DNA of 54,742 nt, from IMG/VR virus record IMGVR_UViG_3300037332_000228, positions 1-54,742 of that record. One strand, written 5' to 3'. The stretch's first letter is position 1. Every line of letters begins with the position of its first letter. Source of the stretch: a virus. Its lineage: Duplodnaviria; Caudoviricetes. The position numbers were made by a program, and so were the translations under genes. The notes below the pieces were generated by a model that saw only the letters and a program-made list of their open reading frames with translations, had not been told where the DNA came from and did not search any database. This document shows, in pieces, positions 32,959-42,165 of the stretch.

Positions 32959-34044
32959 ATGTGGTCACCTCAGCAAGAACTTGGCTTGAAAAGTGTAGGC
33001 GTATGGTATCATTCGCTTGATCGCAAACAGGTATTTAAGGTGCTGGGATACGCAGGAACAGGCAAAACTACTTTGGCCAAGCATTTTGCATCCTTGATTA
33101 ATGGCGAAGTGCTTTATGCATCATTCACTGGTAAGGCCGCGTTGGTATTGAGAAAAGCCGGATGCCATGGTGCGACCACCATCCACAGTTTGATATACAA
33201 ACCTGTAAAGAATGAGTTTGGTGTACTGGAATTCTCTATCAACAGAAATTCATCACTCAAAGATGCCGCATTATTGATCGTGGATGAATGCAGTATGGTG
33301 GATGATGAATTAGGCAAGGATCTATTGAGTTTTGGTATTCCCATTCTTGTACTGGGAGACCCTGCGCAACTACCTCCCCCTGGCGGAACTGGGTTCTTTA
33401 CTGAGGGGGAGGGAGACGTCATGTTGACAGAAATCCATCGCCAAGCAGAAGATTCCCCAATTATTCATCTTGCCACTAGTGTGAGAAACGGTGTTATCCC
33501 CAAATTAGGCGAGTACGGTACCAGTAAGATCGTCAATGACGTATCAGCTGATGAGTTCATGCAGTATGACCAAATGATTGCCGGTAGGAACATCACACGG
33601 TCATCTTTGAATGCCATGCACCGTGAAGCATTGGGAAGAGAATCCGTATTTCCAGTAACTGGAGATAGACTGATCTGTCTCAAAAATAAACCAAAGATGG
33701 GACTGTTCAATGGCGGAATGTTTGAAGTTCTAAAAACAACCAAAACCAAATCCAAGATGTTCAAGCAATATACCATTAAGAATCTGGACACCCCTACCCA
33801 AGCAGCGTTTCAGGTCAAAGTACATGATTCATTCTTTACTGGGACCGAAAAGCCAAATTGGAAGACTCTTACTGGATCTCAAGAATTTGATTTTGGATTC
33901 TGTATTACAGCGCACAAATCACAAGGTTCACAGTGGGATTCAGTACTGGTATTTGATGAAAGTTATTGCTTCAGAGACGACAAGTTCAGATGGCTATATA
34001 CTGCTATTACTCGGGCATCTGAGCGTGTTACTATCTATCGTTGA
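32959..34044 (+). CDS. Dda/RecD-like SF1B DNA helicase
   Basis: GYAGTGKTT, TIHS, VDECSM, GDPAQL, LTEIHRQ, TAHKSQGS and YTAITRA motifs. Confidence 0.9.
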   Translation: MWSPQQELGLKSVGVWYHSLDRKQVFKVLGYAGTGKTTLAKHFASLINGEVLYASFTGKAALVLRKAGCHGATTIHSLIYKPVKNEFGVLEFSINRNSSLKDAALLIVDECSMVDDELGKDLLSFGIPILVLGDPAQLPPPGGTGFFTEGEGDVMLTEIHRQAEDSPIIHLATSVRNGVIPKLGEYGTSKIVNDVSADEFMQYDQMIAGRNITRSSLNAMHREALGRESVFPVTGDRLICLKNKPKMGLFNGGMFEVLKTTKTKSKMFKQYTIKNLDTPTQAAFQVKVHDSFFTGTEKPNWKTLTGSQEFDFGFCITAHKSQGSQWDSVLVFDESYCFRDDKFRWLYTAITRASERVTIYR

Positions 34045-36658
34045 CTCTATACATTGTAGATCCGATATGATCACATCTAATAGAGCTATCGGCCCATATT
34101 TTAAATCCTTGATCGAGTGCCTTTTCACAAAAATATATGTCCTCACTTATAGTATTTTCTGAAGTCAATGCACTCTTATATAGATAATGTGGATACTTTA
34201 TAAGTTGAAAGACCTTTGATTTTATCAGACAGCATCCCATCCCACATCCTACTATTTCAAACTGCGTATCCTTGGGTAATTCATCAAGGTGGATGTTAAT
34301 GGATCCGCCAGTCTGAGTTCTCTTATATATCTCCAATGTGTGAGTATTTGGTATTCGTTGTATATACAATCCGGATATGATGTCTTTGTCTGCTGAGATC
34401 ATTTTGGTCAGACAGTCCTTTGGTAATACAATGTCAGAATCAACTGACAACAAATAATCATAATCCAACGACCATTTGGCAATTAGATTTCTAATTTGGT
34501 CAATCTGATATCCATGAAAAAATTGAAAGTCAGTTGAGTATCCATCTGGAATTTCCAGATCATATATTGATTTCATAGTTTCAGGCTCAATATATCTATT
34601 AGTGGGGATTGCTATCAATATGGTTTTTTTCTTCGTAGTGGGCTGATATGATGTCATTGCGTTTTTATTTTGCTCCTGGCCATTTATTTTATAATCATTA
34701 ATGGGATTGATGTCATTGTATATACATACTATTTCTTTATTGCAGTATATTTTGTCAGTTGGTACTTGTTCGATTAATTCATAGAACAATGGGTTATCTG
34801 CTCCCGACTGCATATATTCTCCTGACTCAGTCATGAATTTTACATGATCCAAGGTTTGAAAATACTTGGCAATACATGTCCTCAAGTGAGTGTAAGGTAT
34901 TTTCCAATTGAAAAGATGTGCTCTATATGTTTTATTCTGCTTAACTTCGTCTGGGTATTCTTGTGCAACCAATGGGATCTGGTCTGCAAGACTAAACATA
35001 CTGCCATAAGTGTATTCATATCCTTGATCACATAGATCATTATAATAATGAAATAATGTGTTATTGTTGACCAGCCAGTCGTCCCCATCCAATAACATCA
35101 CCAGAGTATCTTCAGTCGTTCTCCCACTTGACACCATGCGGTTTACAGTGATCAATTGATTGTAAACTGCTCCTTGCCTTTTATTATTTTTAATCAATAT
35201 GAATTTATTTTGTATTTCTTTGGGCAGAGCGGCGATGGTGTCTTTGGCGATGATCCACCCTTCATCAGTGGAATTGTCGTCTATCAATACATGTTGGTAA
35301 GATTCATAATTCTGTTGGGCAACTGACAGGATATTCTTTTGGATGAAATCGGCTGCATTATAGAAGGGGCTTATCACCAGCAGAGGCTTCTCAGAAACGT
35401 ATGAGTGGTATTTTGTGTACGCGGGCATAGTATTACATCTACCGAACACGCGGGCCACTTTATCGTTAATCTTAGATACTGTTCGATACTCTGCCCTTGA
35501 CAAGAATTCTCCCATGATGCCATATATGAATTGTTTCCATTGCAGTGCAACGGTGTCCCACGTGGTAATATCATGAACAACTGAGCAATAATTTTGCTTT
35601 TGTTGATGTAAATATGGGGTATGATATGCAGTTATGACTTGCTCAACAAATTTAGCTACCTGTTCATCATGGTCAATGTCAGGGAATAAAGAATTTGGTT
35701 CAATTGCATAATTGATTTTATAACATGCCATGTCAACTGCGGTTTCTTCCAGTGCACCAAATCTAGTCGTGACAATTGGAGTATTGTACAATAATGATTC
35801 AAGACTTGATATTCCAAACGTTTCTGGAAATGCACATGGATACAGCATCATGTTGGCCTTGGCTAAAATTTTAGCCACTTGTTGCTGTGAGATAATCCCA
35901 GTAAATTCAATACCAGACTGGGCAATATCCGCTGCGTTCATGAGTTCACGAACTATTTGCTCTTGTGCATCTGGGCCGGTGGGAAATTCATAGTACCCTC
36001 CCAATATTAATAATCGTGCCTCTGGTATCTGTTTTTTAATTTCTGGCCAAATTTTGTGTACCAGAGGGATCATTCCCTTGGTGGCGCTGGAATTATACAC
36101 AAATAGATTGGGGTCCTTGTCTGCAATGCGTACATCATTTAGATACTTGACTGCTCCATTCCTCGTTTGAAATATGGATTTCTTCAAGACTTCATAATTT
36201 CTACGTGGGCCTTTGTGATTTGCGTTCAAAATATATGAAGTGTGCCAGTCCGAAAGGGTAAGTACATGATCAATTGTGCCATCCACAATCAACTGTTCCA
36301 TTAAATGGTCACCTTGAATAAACGTGTCATGTAACCATAACATTCTTTTGGTTGCAAACTTTACAAAAGGATGAGAATCAGTAATAAACGGAATTACAGT
36401 CCTTGATACAACCACTACGTCATATATCTCATTGTGTTCTGTTGCCTGTGAGTTGTCTATATATTCAACTCCAGAGTATGTGCCGGGTGAACAGTCTTCA
36501 CCGGATTGGCAATTATTGAAGACTGTGACCTCAAACCCTTGCTTGTATAACTCATTCGCCATGAGAATTACTGCTGATTCTGATCCGCCCAGCCCACGTG
36601 TCTTTAGGGTGTAGCCGTCATATGACAGTCCCATGGTGTCTATTATTGCGATTTTCAT
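34031..36658 (-). CDS. multidomain glycosyltransferase (GT-B/GT4 plus two GT-A/GT2 domains)
   Basis: GLGGSE and ETFGISSLE (GT4); SPFYNA..IDDNSTD..LDGDDW (GT2); SVDSDIV..GMGCCLI..SEDIYFC (GT2). Confidence 0.88.
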   Translation of the reverse strand: MKIAIIDTMGLSYDGYTLKTRGLGGSESAVILMANELYKQGFEVTVFNNCQSGEDCSPGTYSGVEYIDNSQATEHNEIYDVVVVSRTVIPFITDSHPFVKFATKRMLWLHDTFIQGDHLMEQLIVDGTIDHVLTLSDWHTSYILNANHKGPRRNYEVLKKSIFQTRNGAVKYLNDVRIADKDPNLFVYNSSATKGMIPLVHKIWPEIKKQIPEARLLILGGYYEFPTGPDAQEQIVRELMNAADIAQSGIEFTGIISQQQVAKILAKANMMLYPCAFPETFGISSLESLLYNTPIVTTRFGALEETAVDMACYKINYAIEPNSLFPDIDHDEQVAKFVEQVITAYHTPYLHQQKQNYCSVVHDITTWDTVALQWKQFIYGIMGEFLSRAEYRTVSKINDKVARVFGRCNTMPAYTKYHSYVSEKPLLVISPFYNAADFIQKNILSVAQQNYESYQHVLIDDNSTDEGWIIAKDTIAALPKEIQNKFILIKNNKRQGAVYNQLITVNRMVSSGRTTEDTLVMLLDGDDWLVNNNTLFHYYNDLCDQGYEYTYGSMFSLADQIPLVAQEYPDEVKQNKTYRAHLFNWKIPYTHLRTCIAKYFQTLDHVKFMTESGEYMQSGADNPLFYELIEQVPTDKIYCNKEIVCIYNDINPINDYKINGQEQNKNAMTSYQPTTKKKTILIAIPTNRYIEPETMKSIYDLEIPDGYSTDFQFFHGYQIDQIRNLIAKWSLDYDYLLSVDSDIVLPKDCLTKMISADKDIISGLYIQRIPNTHTLEIYKRTQTGGSINIHLDELPKDTQFEIVGCGMGCCLIKSKVFQLIKYPHYLYKSALTSENTISEDIYFCEKALDQGFKIWADSSIRCDHIGSTMYRVNDR

Positions 36659-36758
36659 TGATTTTCCTATGAGTTCAATTAATTCAAATTGAGTATTGAG
36701 TTCATACTGATAGTTATCATGGAAAATAATGATCTTTTCAACAGTTTGAATTATTTTC

Positions 36759-36787
36759 TTGACTATTAATTAGATATATAGTAGAGT
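36759..36787 (+). promoter_or_regulatory. sigma70-type promoter facing the ORF-free structured region
   Basis: TTGACT-17-TAGAGT. Confidence 0.5.
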
Positions 36788-36794
36788 AATAATT

Positions 36795-37405
36795 AAGCTT
36801 GATATCGGAACACGCTGTTCACTAATGTGTGATTGTCTCCGAAGACAGCAATGAAACGTGCAGGTATACATTTGTACCGACTTTCAATCAAAAAACAGAA
36901 CATAAAGGTTGATGCGCCGATTATAGTTATGCATCGTCAAAGACCACGGCAATAAGGTGGCAACTGGGCAATTCTCACTATCTGTTTGTGAGGCTACGGA
37001 GACTATCCTTAACAGGACGCCGATCAGGGTAATGCCTGGTTTCTCCCTAGCATAAAGAATCCTGATTGTTTATCCCAGAGAGATGCTATAGCTGTGTCAC
37101 TTGTTATTAAGGATATTCAATTGGACGGTGAGTGGTTTTCTTCATGCTAGATGATCGAAGAAAACAATTGATACAGAGGAGGTTTTTCACTCGCCAAGAA
37201 GCATTTGAGTCCTATGAGATGATACAGTCACCTGAAAATCATCCTTAAAAATCGTAGCGGCAGGGTAAGGTACAGAGCCCAAGGACAACGCTTGAAAGAC
37301 CGCTGATAGAGTGACGACGCGCACCTCACATGAAGATACGCATAATCATTGAGTCATCCACCTGTTATAGGGTGACTCATGACTCGACACTCTACATGAA
37401 GACCT
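36795..37405 (+). ncRNA. candidate large structured ncRNA (~600 nt), family unassigned
   Basis: No ORF of 60 aa or more in any frame; more GC-rich than flanks; many nested stems with G-U pairs (see findings). Confidence 0.6.
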
Positions 37406-37532
37406 AAGAATTAGTACAATAGATTATATAATAATTAAACTTTAAAACCGTAATACTAAATGAAATGAATATATACAATAGAACGATTACTGAAGCAGAG
37501 CGAAGGTAATAGGTGATAGCAGTATATATGAA

Positions 37533-37548
37533 GTGGCTTGAAAGCCAC
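37533..37548 (+). terminator. small hairpin
   Basis: GTGGCT-tgaa-AGCCAC followed by an A-run, so possibly a minus-strand terminator. Confidence 0.4.
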
Positions 37549-37673
37549 AAAAGACTAGATGACTATACTATATAATGAACGTCTATGTCCAACCAATATT
37601 CAAAACACACTCGTGAATAAAACTTGAATTCATTCGCATATGAATGTAAACTCATGACTAACAAGGAAAATAT

Positions 37674-38171
37674 ATGAAATTATTAATAATAGGCCATGGT
37701 AGACATGGCAAGGACACTGTATGTGATATTCTAGCTGACAAGTACCACATGTCATTTCAGTCGTCGAGTGCATTCTGTGCTGAGCATGTGGTATTCCCAG
37801 TGCTAAGTGAATTATATGGGTATTCAAACTTCATGCAATGTTTTGATGATAGGCACAACCATAGAACAGAATGGTTCAATCTCATTAGTGAATATTGTGA
37901 AATTGATGGTGCTAGGTTGGGCAGAGAGATATTTTCAGAATATGACATCTACGGTGGTCTTCGTAATCCCAGAGAATTTGCGGCCATGAAAGAACAAAAG
38001 GTATTTGATTGGTGCGTCTGGGTGGATAGAAGTCACCATTTGCCTCCTGAGCCATTTGCAAGTATGGGCTTGACAGTTGATCATGCAGACTATATTGTCA
38101 ATAACAATGGTTCACTGAGTGACTTGGCAATACAAGTGGACAATCTAATGAAGGAACTGAACAGTGTCTAA
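37674..38171 (+). CDS. dNMP kinase-like P-loop protein
   Basis: IIGHGRHGKDT, R..RE and ADYIVNNNGSL motifs. Confidence 0.7.
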   Translation: MKLLIIGHGRHGKDTVCDILADKYHMSFQSSSAFCAEHVVFPVLSELYGYSNFMQCFDDRHNHRTEWFNLISEYCEIDGARLGREIFSEYDIYGGLRNPREFAAMKEQKVFDWCVWVDRSHHLPPEPFASMGLTVDHADYIVNNNGSLSDLAIQVDNLMKELNSV

Positions 38172-38805
38172 ATCAATATGGGTGATATCAGATACTCATT
38201 TCAATCATGCATCTATGCTAAAGTTTACTGATCGAACTACTAGGCAGATGATACGTGGTTGTAAATTTTCATCAGTTGAAGAAATGAACGAACACATGAT
38301 TGAACGCTGGAATTCAGTCGTCAAACAGGGCGATACTGTATATCACTTGGGAGATGTAGTCATGGGAGCCAATTCAGAAAATTGGATGAAACTCAATTGG
38401 GGTAGATTGAATGGCAGTAAGAGATTGATTGTGGGCAACCATGACGATGTCAAGATGCTTTCCACGGGAGGATGGTTCAAGAAAGTATCAATGTGGCGAA
38501 TGTTCCCAGAGTTTTCCTGTGTATTGACACATGCGCCAATTCATGCTAGTGGATTGCTCAAACAGCCCAGGGGATCAACTGCTGTTTGGCCAGACGATAC
38601 TGATGTTTTGATGAATGTTCATGGCCATATCCATCAAAACAAATCACCTCAGGGACCATATATGAATGTTTCTGTTGAAATGATTGATTATACTCCAGTG
38701 AATATGGAAGATATTGCAGTTATTGCTGGAAATTATGCAGAGAATTCTTGGCCAGTTGACAAATATAGAGTGCTTCCTGAAATGTTTTCAGTTGACAATG
38801 CATAA
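38164..38805 (+). CDS. calcineurin-like metallophosphoesterase
   Basis: SDTH, HLGDV, GNHD, HAP and HGHIH motifs. Confidence 0.9.
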   Translation: MSKSIWVISDTHFNHASMLKFTDRTTRQMIRGCKFSSVEEMNEHMIERWNSVVKQGDTVYHLGDVVMGANSENWMKLNWGRLNGSKRLIVGNHDDVKMLSTGGWFKKVSMWRMFPEFSCVLTHAPIHASGLLKQPRGSTAVWPDDTDVLMNVHGHIHQNKSPQGPYMNVSVEMIDYTPVNMEDIAVIAGNYAENSWPVDKYRVLPEMFSVDNA

Positions 38806-40209
38806 CTTACTTGTCTTTCTTTTATTATAATGTGTCATACCTGCCACAAAACCAGATGGAGGGCTTTCGGATTTTAATATTTTTATATTTGTTACGCCGT
38901 CAGTATAACATTTCTTCGGAAGAGTGGTTAATGTACGTCCCGGCCAAAATCCCGACGGGGGAGAATCATTCTCCCAAACCGTTTTATTAGTTATACCGTT
39001 AGTATATATTTTACGGTTACGTGATGGTAATTTACCTTTAATGAATCCATTGGGGACTGTGTCCCCAATGGATATCAATTTGTTAATCTTATTGTTGTTG
39101 TAATATGCTGTACGTTTGTTAACTTGGTACTTTAACTCCCCAGTATTCAGTCTAGTATCATCTGGATACACTAAAACGATATTACCATAATTATCTTCTG
39201 CTTTTTTCATACCACGCATCCATGGTACCAGTTCTCCTGAAATATATCTAATATCCATTTTATTGACGTAAAATTTATCATTATTTCGTCTATCCGAATA
39301 TTTCACTAACACAAGTCCAGACGTAATTCCCTTGAGCTCCCCAGATAGATATTTTTCGTCAGTTACTGAAACTCGTTGCGTTCTACCGTCTTTATCTTTT
39401 ACAACCACCATCCCGCTTGTGAATTGTTTGAACTCTCCACTAAGTATACGTGAGTCATACTTGGACACATAATGTGAGTGTCCTTTCGAATCGAATACGG
39501 TGTTCATTCCAGTGGTCACCCCAACTAGTTCCCCACTAATAAACCGATCGTCGTCTTTGTTAATTTGAAATGTATTTCCATCTTTATCTTTTACGGATAT
39601 TTTATTTGCCGAAAAGGATGTATACCCTAAATTTATTGCTTCTTCTCTAGTTGTATAGACATAGTTATCACTTGCGTCTAGGTACTGTGATTTGGTTTTG
39701 TTTAGACTTTCCAGCTCACCGGTATTCCATCTAATATCATGTACATCAAAAACTGAAGTTTCACCCGTCTCGATAATGCGCCCGGGTTTTTTCCCTTTAG
39801 TGGCACCTGTCAGTTTACCAGAAACATAATCTGGATTGGTTGTTGCAACTTGGAAAGTAAAGCCAAATGAGTCAATGACTGTTGCTTTTCCCGTATTGTC
39901 AAAAAATTTCCAGTCATTGTCATGGTTATTATAGAATTTATCATTCTGAGCCGCCTTGACTTTAGTTAAAAACTTCTTTTCATAGTCATATGTATCATTT
40001 GCAGTGTCAAAGATTTTAATTTTTCTAATCAAAAATGTTACTAAACCATGTGAATTAATTATCGATTTAATAACTTTGGAACTTGTCTGATACCCATTAA
40101 TAGTCATAAGTGTTGATGGTGTTGCTAATTTAGCCCATTGTGCGCCGGCATAATATATGCCGTTCCGTTTGTCCTGAATAATATAAAAATATGGCGAATA
40201 AATAGTCAT
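38788..40209 (-). mobile_element. free-standing GIY-YIG-like homing endonuclease
   Basis: PYFYIIQ..NGIYYAG, Y.TSS, E..FL..V.A..N..FYN; about eight 32-aa repeats ending SGEL plus three YTNG..N...P.GF..G repeats; antisense to neighbours. Confidence 0.8.
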
Positions 40210-40277
40210 GTTGGGATCCTTTTCTCCTAATGTAGTTGGGAAGATTTCCACAATTCCGCGAACTACGTTTATTTATT
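40210..40277 (-). promoter_or_regulatory. TAAATA late-type promoter and structured leader
   Basis: GTAGTT-CGC-GGAA-loop-TTCC-C-AACTAC on the minus strand. Confidence 0.65.
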
Positions 40278-40284
40278 ATTCTAG

Positions 40285-40313
40285 TTGACAGTTAGATACT
40301 ATTACAATATCAT
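40285..40313 (+). promoter_or_regulatory. sigma70-type promoter of the topoisomerase operon
   Basis: TTGACA-17-TATCAT. Confidence 0.65.
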
Positions 40314-40335
40314 AAGAAAAATTTAAGGAACTAAG

Positions 40336-42165
40336 ATGCTCGAAGAATTTAAGATACTATCACCAAGGGACCACGTACGACAACGAATGGGGTTGTATTT
40401 GGGATCAAGTTCCATGGAATCAGTAGAGAGATTCGTACGAGGAAAATGGGAAACAACCAAGTATGTGCCTGCCTTGAACAAAATAATTGATGAAATATTG
40501 GATAATTCAATTGACGAAGCCATACGAACTGAATTCAAGCATGCCAATAAAATTGACGTATCTATCTCAGGTGAATGGGTTACAGTTACTGATAATGGCC
40601 GAGGCATACCTCAGGACGAAATATATGACTCTGCTTCGGACGAGTATATCAAACGACCTGTTGCTGCATGGACTAGAGTAAATGCGGGTACCAGCTTCAC
40701 TGAGGACCGTGTTTCAATCGGTGCGAATGGAGTTGGATCGTCATGTGTGAATTTCGTAAGTTCTGAATTCCAAGGCGAAACATGGTGTAAAGGTACCATG
40801 GTGAAAGTTTATTGCACTGATGGTGGCCTTGAAGTCAAAGTCATTGAAATGCCCCGGTCAGGATCAGGTACCAAAGTATCATTTACTCCAGACTTTGAAT
40901 TGTTTGAAACTGATAGTCTTGTCAAACATGACATTTGGAATTTAGTCGAAGATCGCGTCATGAGTTTACAACTGGCATTTCCGGAAATTACATTCAGTTT
41001 AAATGGCAAACGAGTACAAGTGAATACTTTGAAAAAGTATTCAGAGTTGTTTAGAAACAATGAAAATGATTCTGTGGTCGTGGCACAAACTGACACGGTG
41101 TCATATTTCATTACTTCATCTGAGGATGGATTTAGAAGTAACAGTTTTGTAAATGGAGTTAATACTCGACAAGGTGGTACATATGTGGACTGGATGACAA
41201 ATTCCTTAGTGGATGAACTCACCAGCATGATCAAACGAAAATTCAAGATTGAAGTTACCAAGAGCACCATCAAGAGTGGCCTGACCTTTGTGCTGTTTTC
41301 CAGAAACTTTACAAATCCAAAGTTTGACAGTCAGACCAAAGAACGTTTGACTAACACGGTGGGAGCAGTCAAGGAGCATTATGAGTCATCCGGTGCCATG
41401 GACTTTGTGACAATGGGCCGCAAGATCATGGCATCCGAAGATATCATTGGCCCCATTGTGGAGGCACAACTTGCAAAGAAGTTGGCAGCAGATAAACGAG
41501 CAGCAACATTGGCTCAGAAGAAACTCAAGAAAGTCAAAGTGCCCAAGCATGTTGCTGCCAATGGCAAAAATGCCACATGTATGTTAGTCGAGGGGGATTC
41601 AGCTATTTCTTCATTTTTAGAAGTAAGAAACAAAGATATGTTGGGGGGCTATCCTCTTCGTGGCGTAGTGATGAACACATGGGATATGAAACCAGCCGAC
41701 GTACTAAAGAACAAAGAACTGAGTGAATTAGTGTCAGTATTAAATCTTGACATAACCCATCCAGACAGCTACAAAGACATGTCGTACCAAGACGTGGCAA
41801 TTTTTGCGGACCCAGATCATGATGGTGGCGGCCATATTTGTCCACTACTTATTGCATTCTTTTATAAATTCTGGCCTGGATTGATCCTGGATGGTAGGAT
41901 AAAGATAACTCGGACTCCGATTATGATATCCACTAATGGTAAGAACACAGAATGGTTTTACACTTACAATGATGCACAAGCATTCAAGGCAACATCAAAA
42001 GGATATAGTCACAGATACATCAAGGGACTGGCCAGTCTAGTCAATGATGAATATGAAAAAATAATTAATAATCCAATCAATGATGTAGTCAACATGGATG
42101 ATGCACAATGCTTTCAAATTATGTTTGGCAATGATCCAGAACTCAGGAAAGAATACCTAACATGA
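40336..42165 (+). CDS. DNA topoisomerase II large subunit (T4 gp39+gp60 fused)
   Basis: EILDNSIDE, DNGRGIP, GANGVG, FDSQTKERL, VEGDSA, PLRG, D.D.DG and YIKGL motifs. Confidence 0.95.
   Translation: MLEEFKILSPRDHVRQRMGLYLGSSSMESVERFVRGKWETTKYVPALNKIIDEILDNSIDEAIRTEFKHANKIDVSISGEWVTVTDNGRGIPQDEIYDSASDEYIKRPVAAWTRVNAGTSFTEDRVSIGANGVGSSCVNFVSSEFQGETWCKGTMVKVYCTDGGLEVKVIEMPRSGSGTKVSFTPDFELFETDSLVKHDIWNLVEDRVMSLQLAFPEITFSLNGKRVQVNTLKKYSELFRNNENDSVVVAQTDTVSYFITSSEDGFRSNSFVNGVNTRQGGTYVDWMTNSLVDELTSMIKRKFKIEVTKSTIKSGLTFVLFSRNFTNPKFDSQTKERLTNTVGAVKEHYESSGAMDFVTMGRKIMASEDIIGPIVEAQLAKKLAADKRAATLAQKKLKKVKVPKHVAANGKNATCMLVEGDSAISSFLEVRNKDMLGGYPLRGVVMNTWDMKPADVLKNKELSELVSVLNLDITHPDSYKDMSYQDVAIFADPDHDGGGHICPLLIAFFYKFWPGLILDGRIKITRTPIMISTNGKNTEWFYTYNDAQAFKATSKGYSHRYIKGLASLVNDEYEKIINNPINDVVNMDDAQCFQIMFGNDPELRKEYLT

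Noticed and set aside
36795-37405. tmRNA, RNase P RNA, tRNA cluster or CRISPR array
   Set aside because: No tRNA-like ends or T-loop, no GAGGAAAGTCC motif, and no regularly spaced repeats (only ACATGAAGA twice and TGATACAG twice).
38788-40290. AGTTGACA on both sides of the endonuclease as a target-site duplication
   Set aside because: Only 8 bp, and it is the genome's common -35 motif; another copy lies at ~38754, so chance is sufficient.
40336-42165. T4 gene 60-type translational bypass
   Set aside because: The gp39 and gp60 parts form one uninterrupted ORF.
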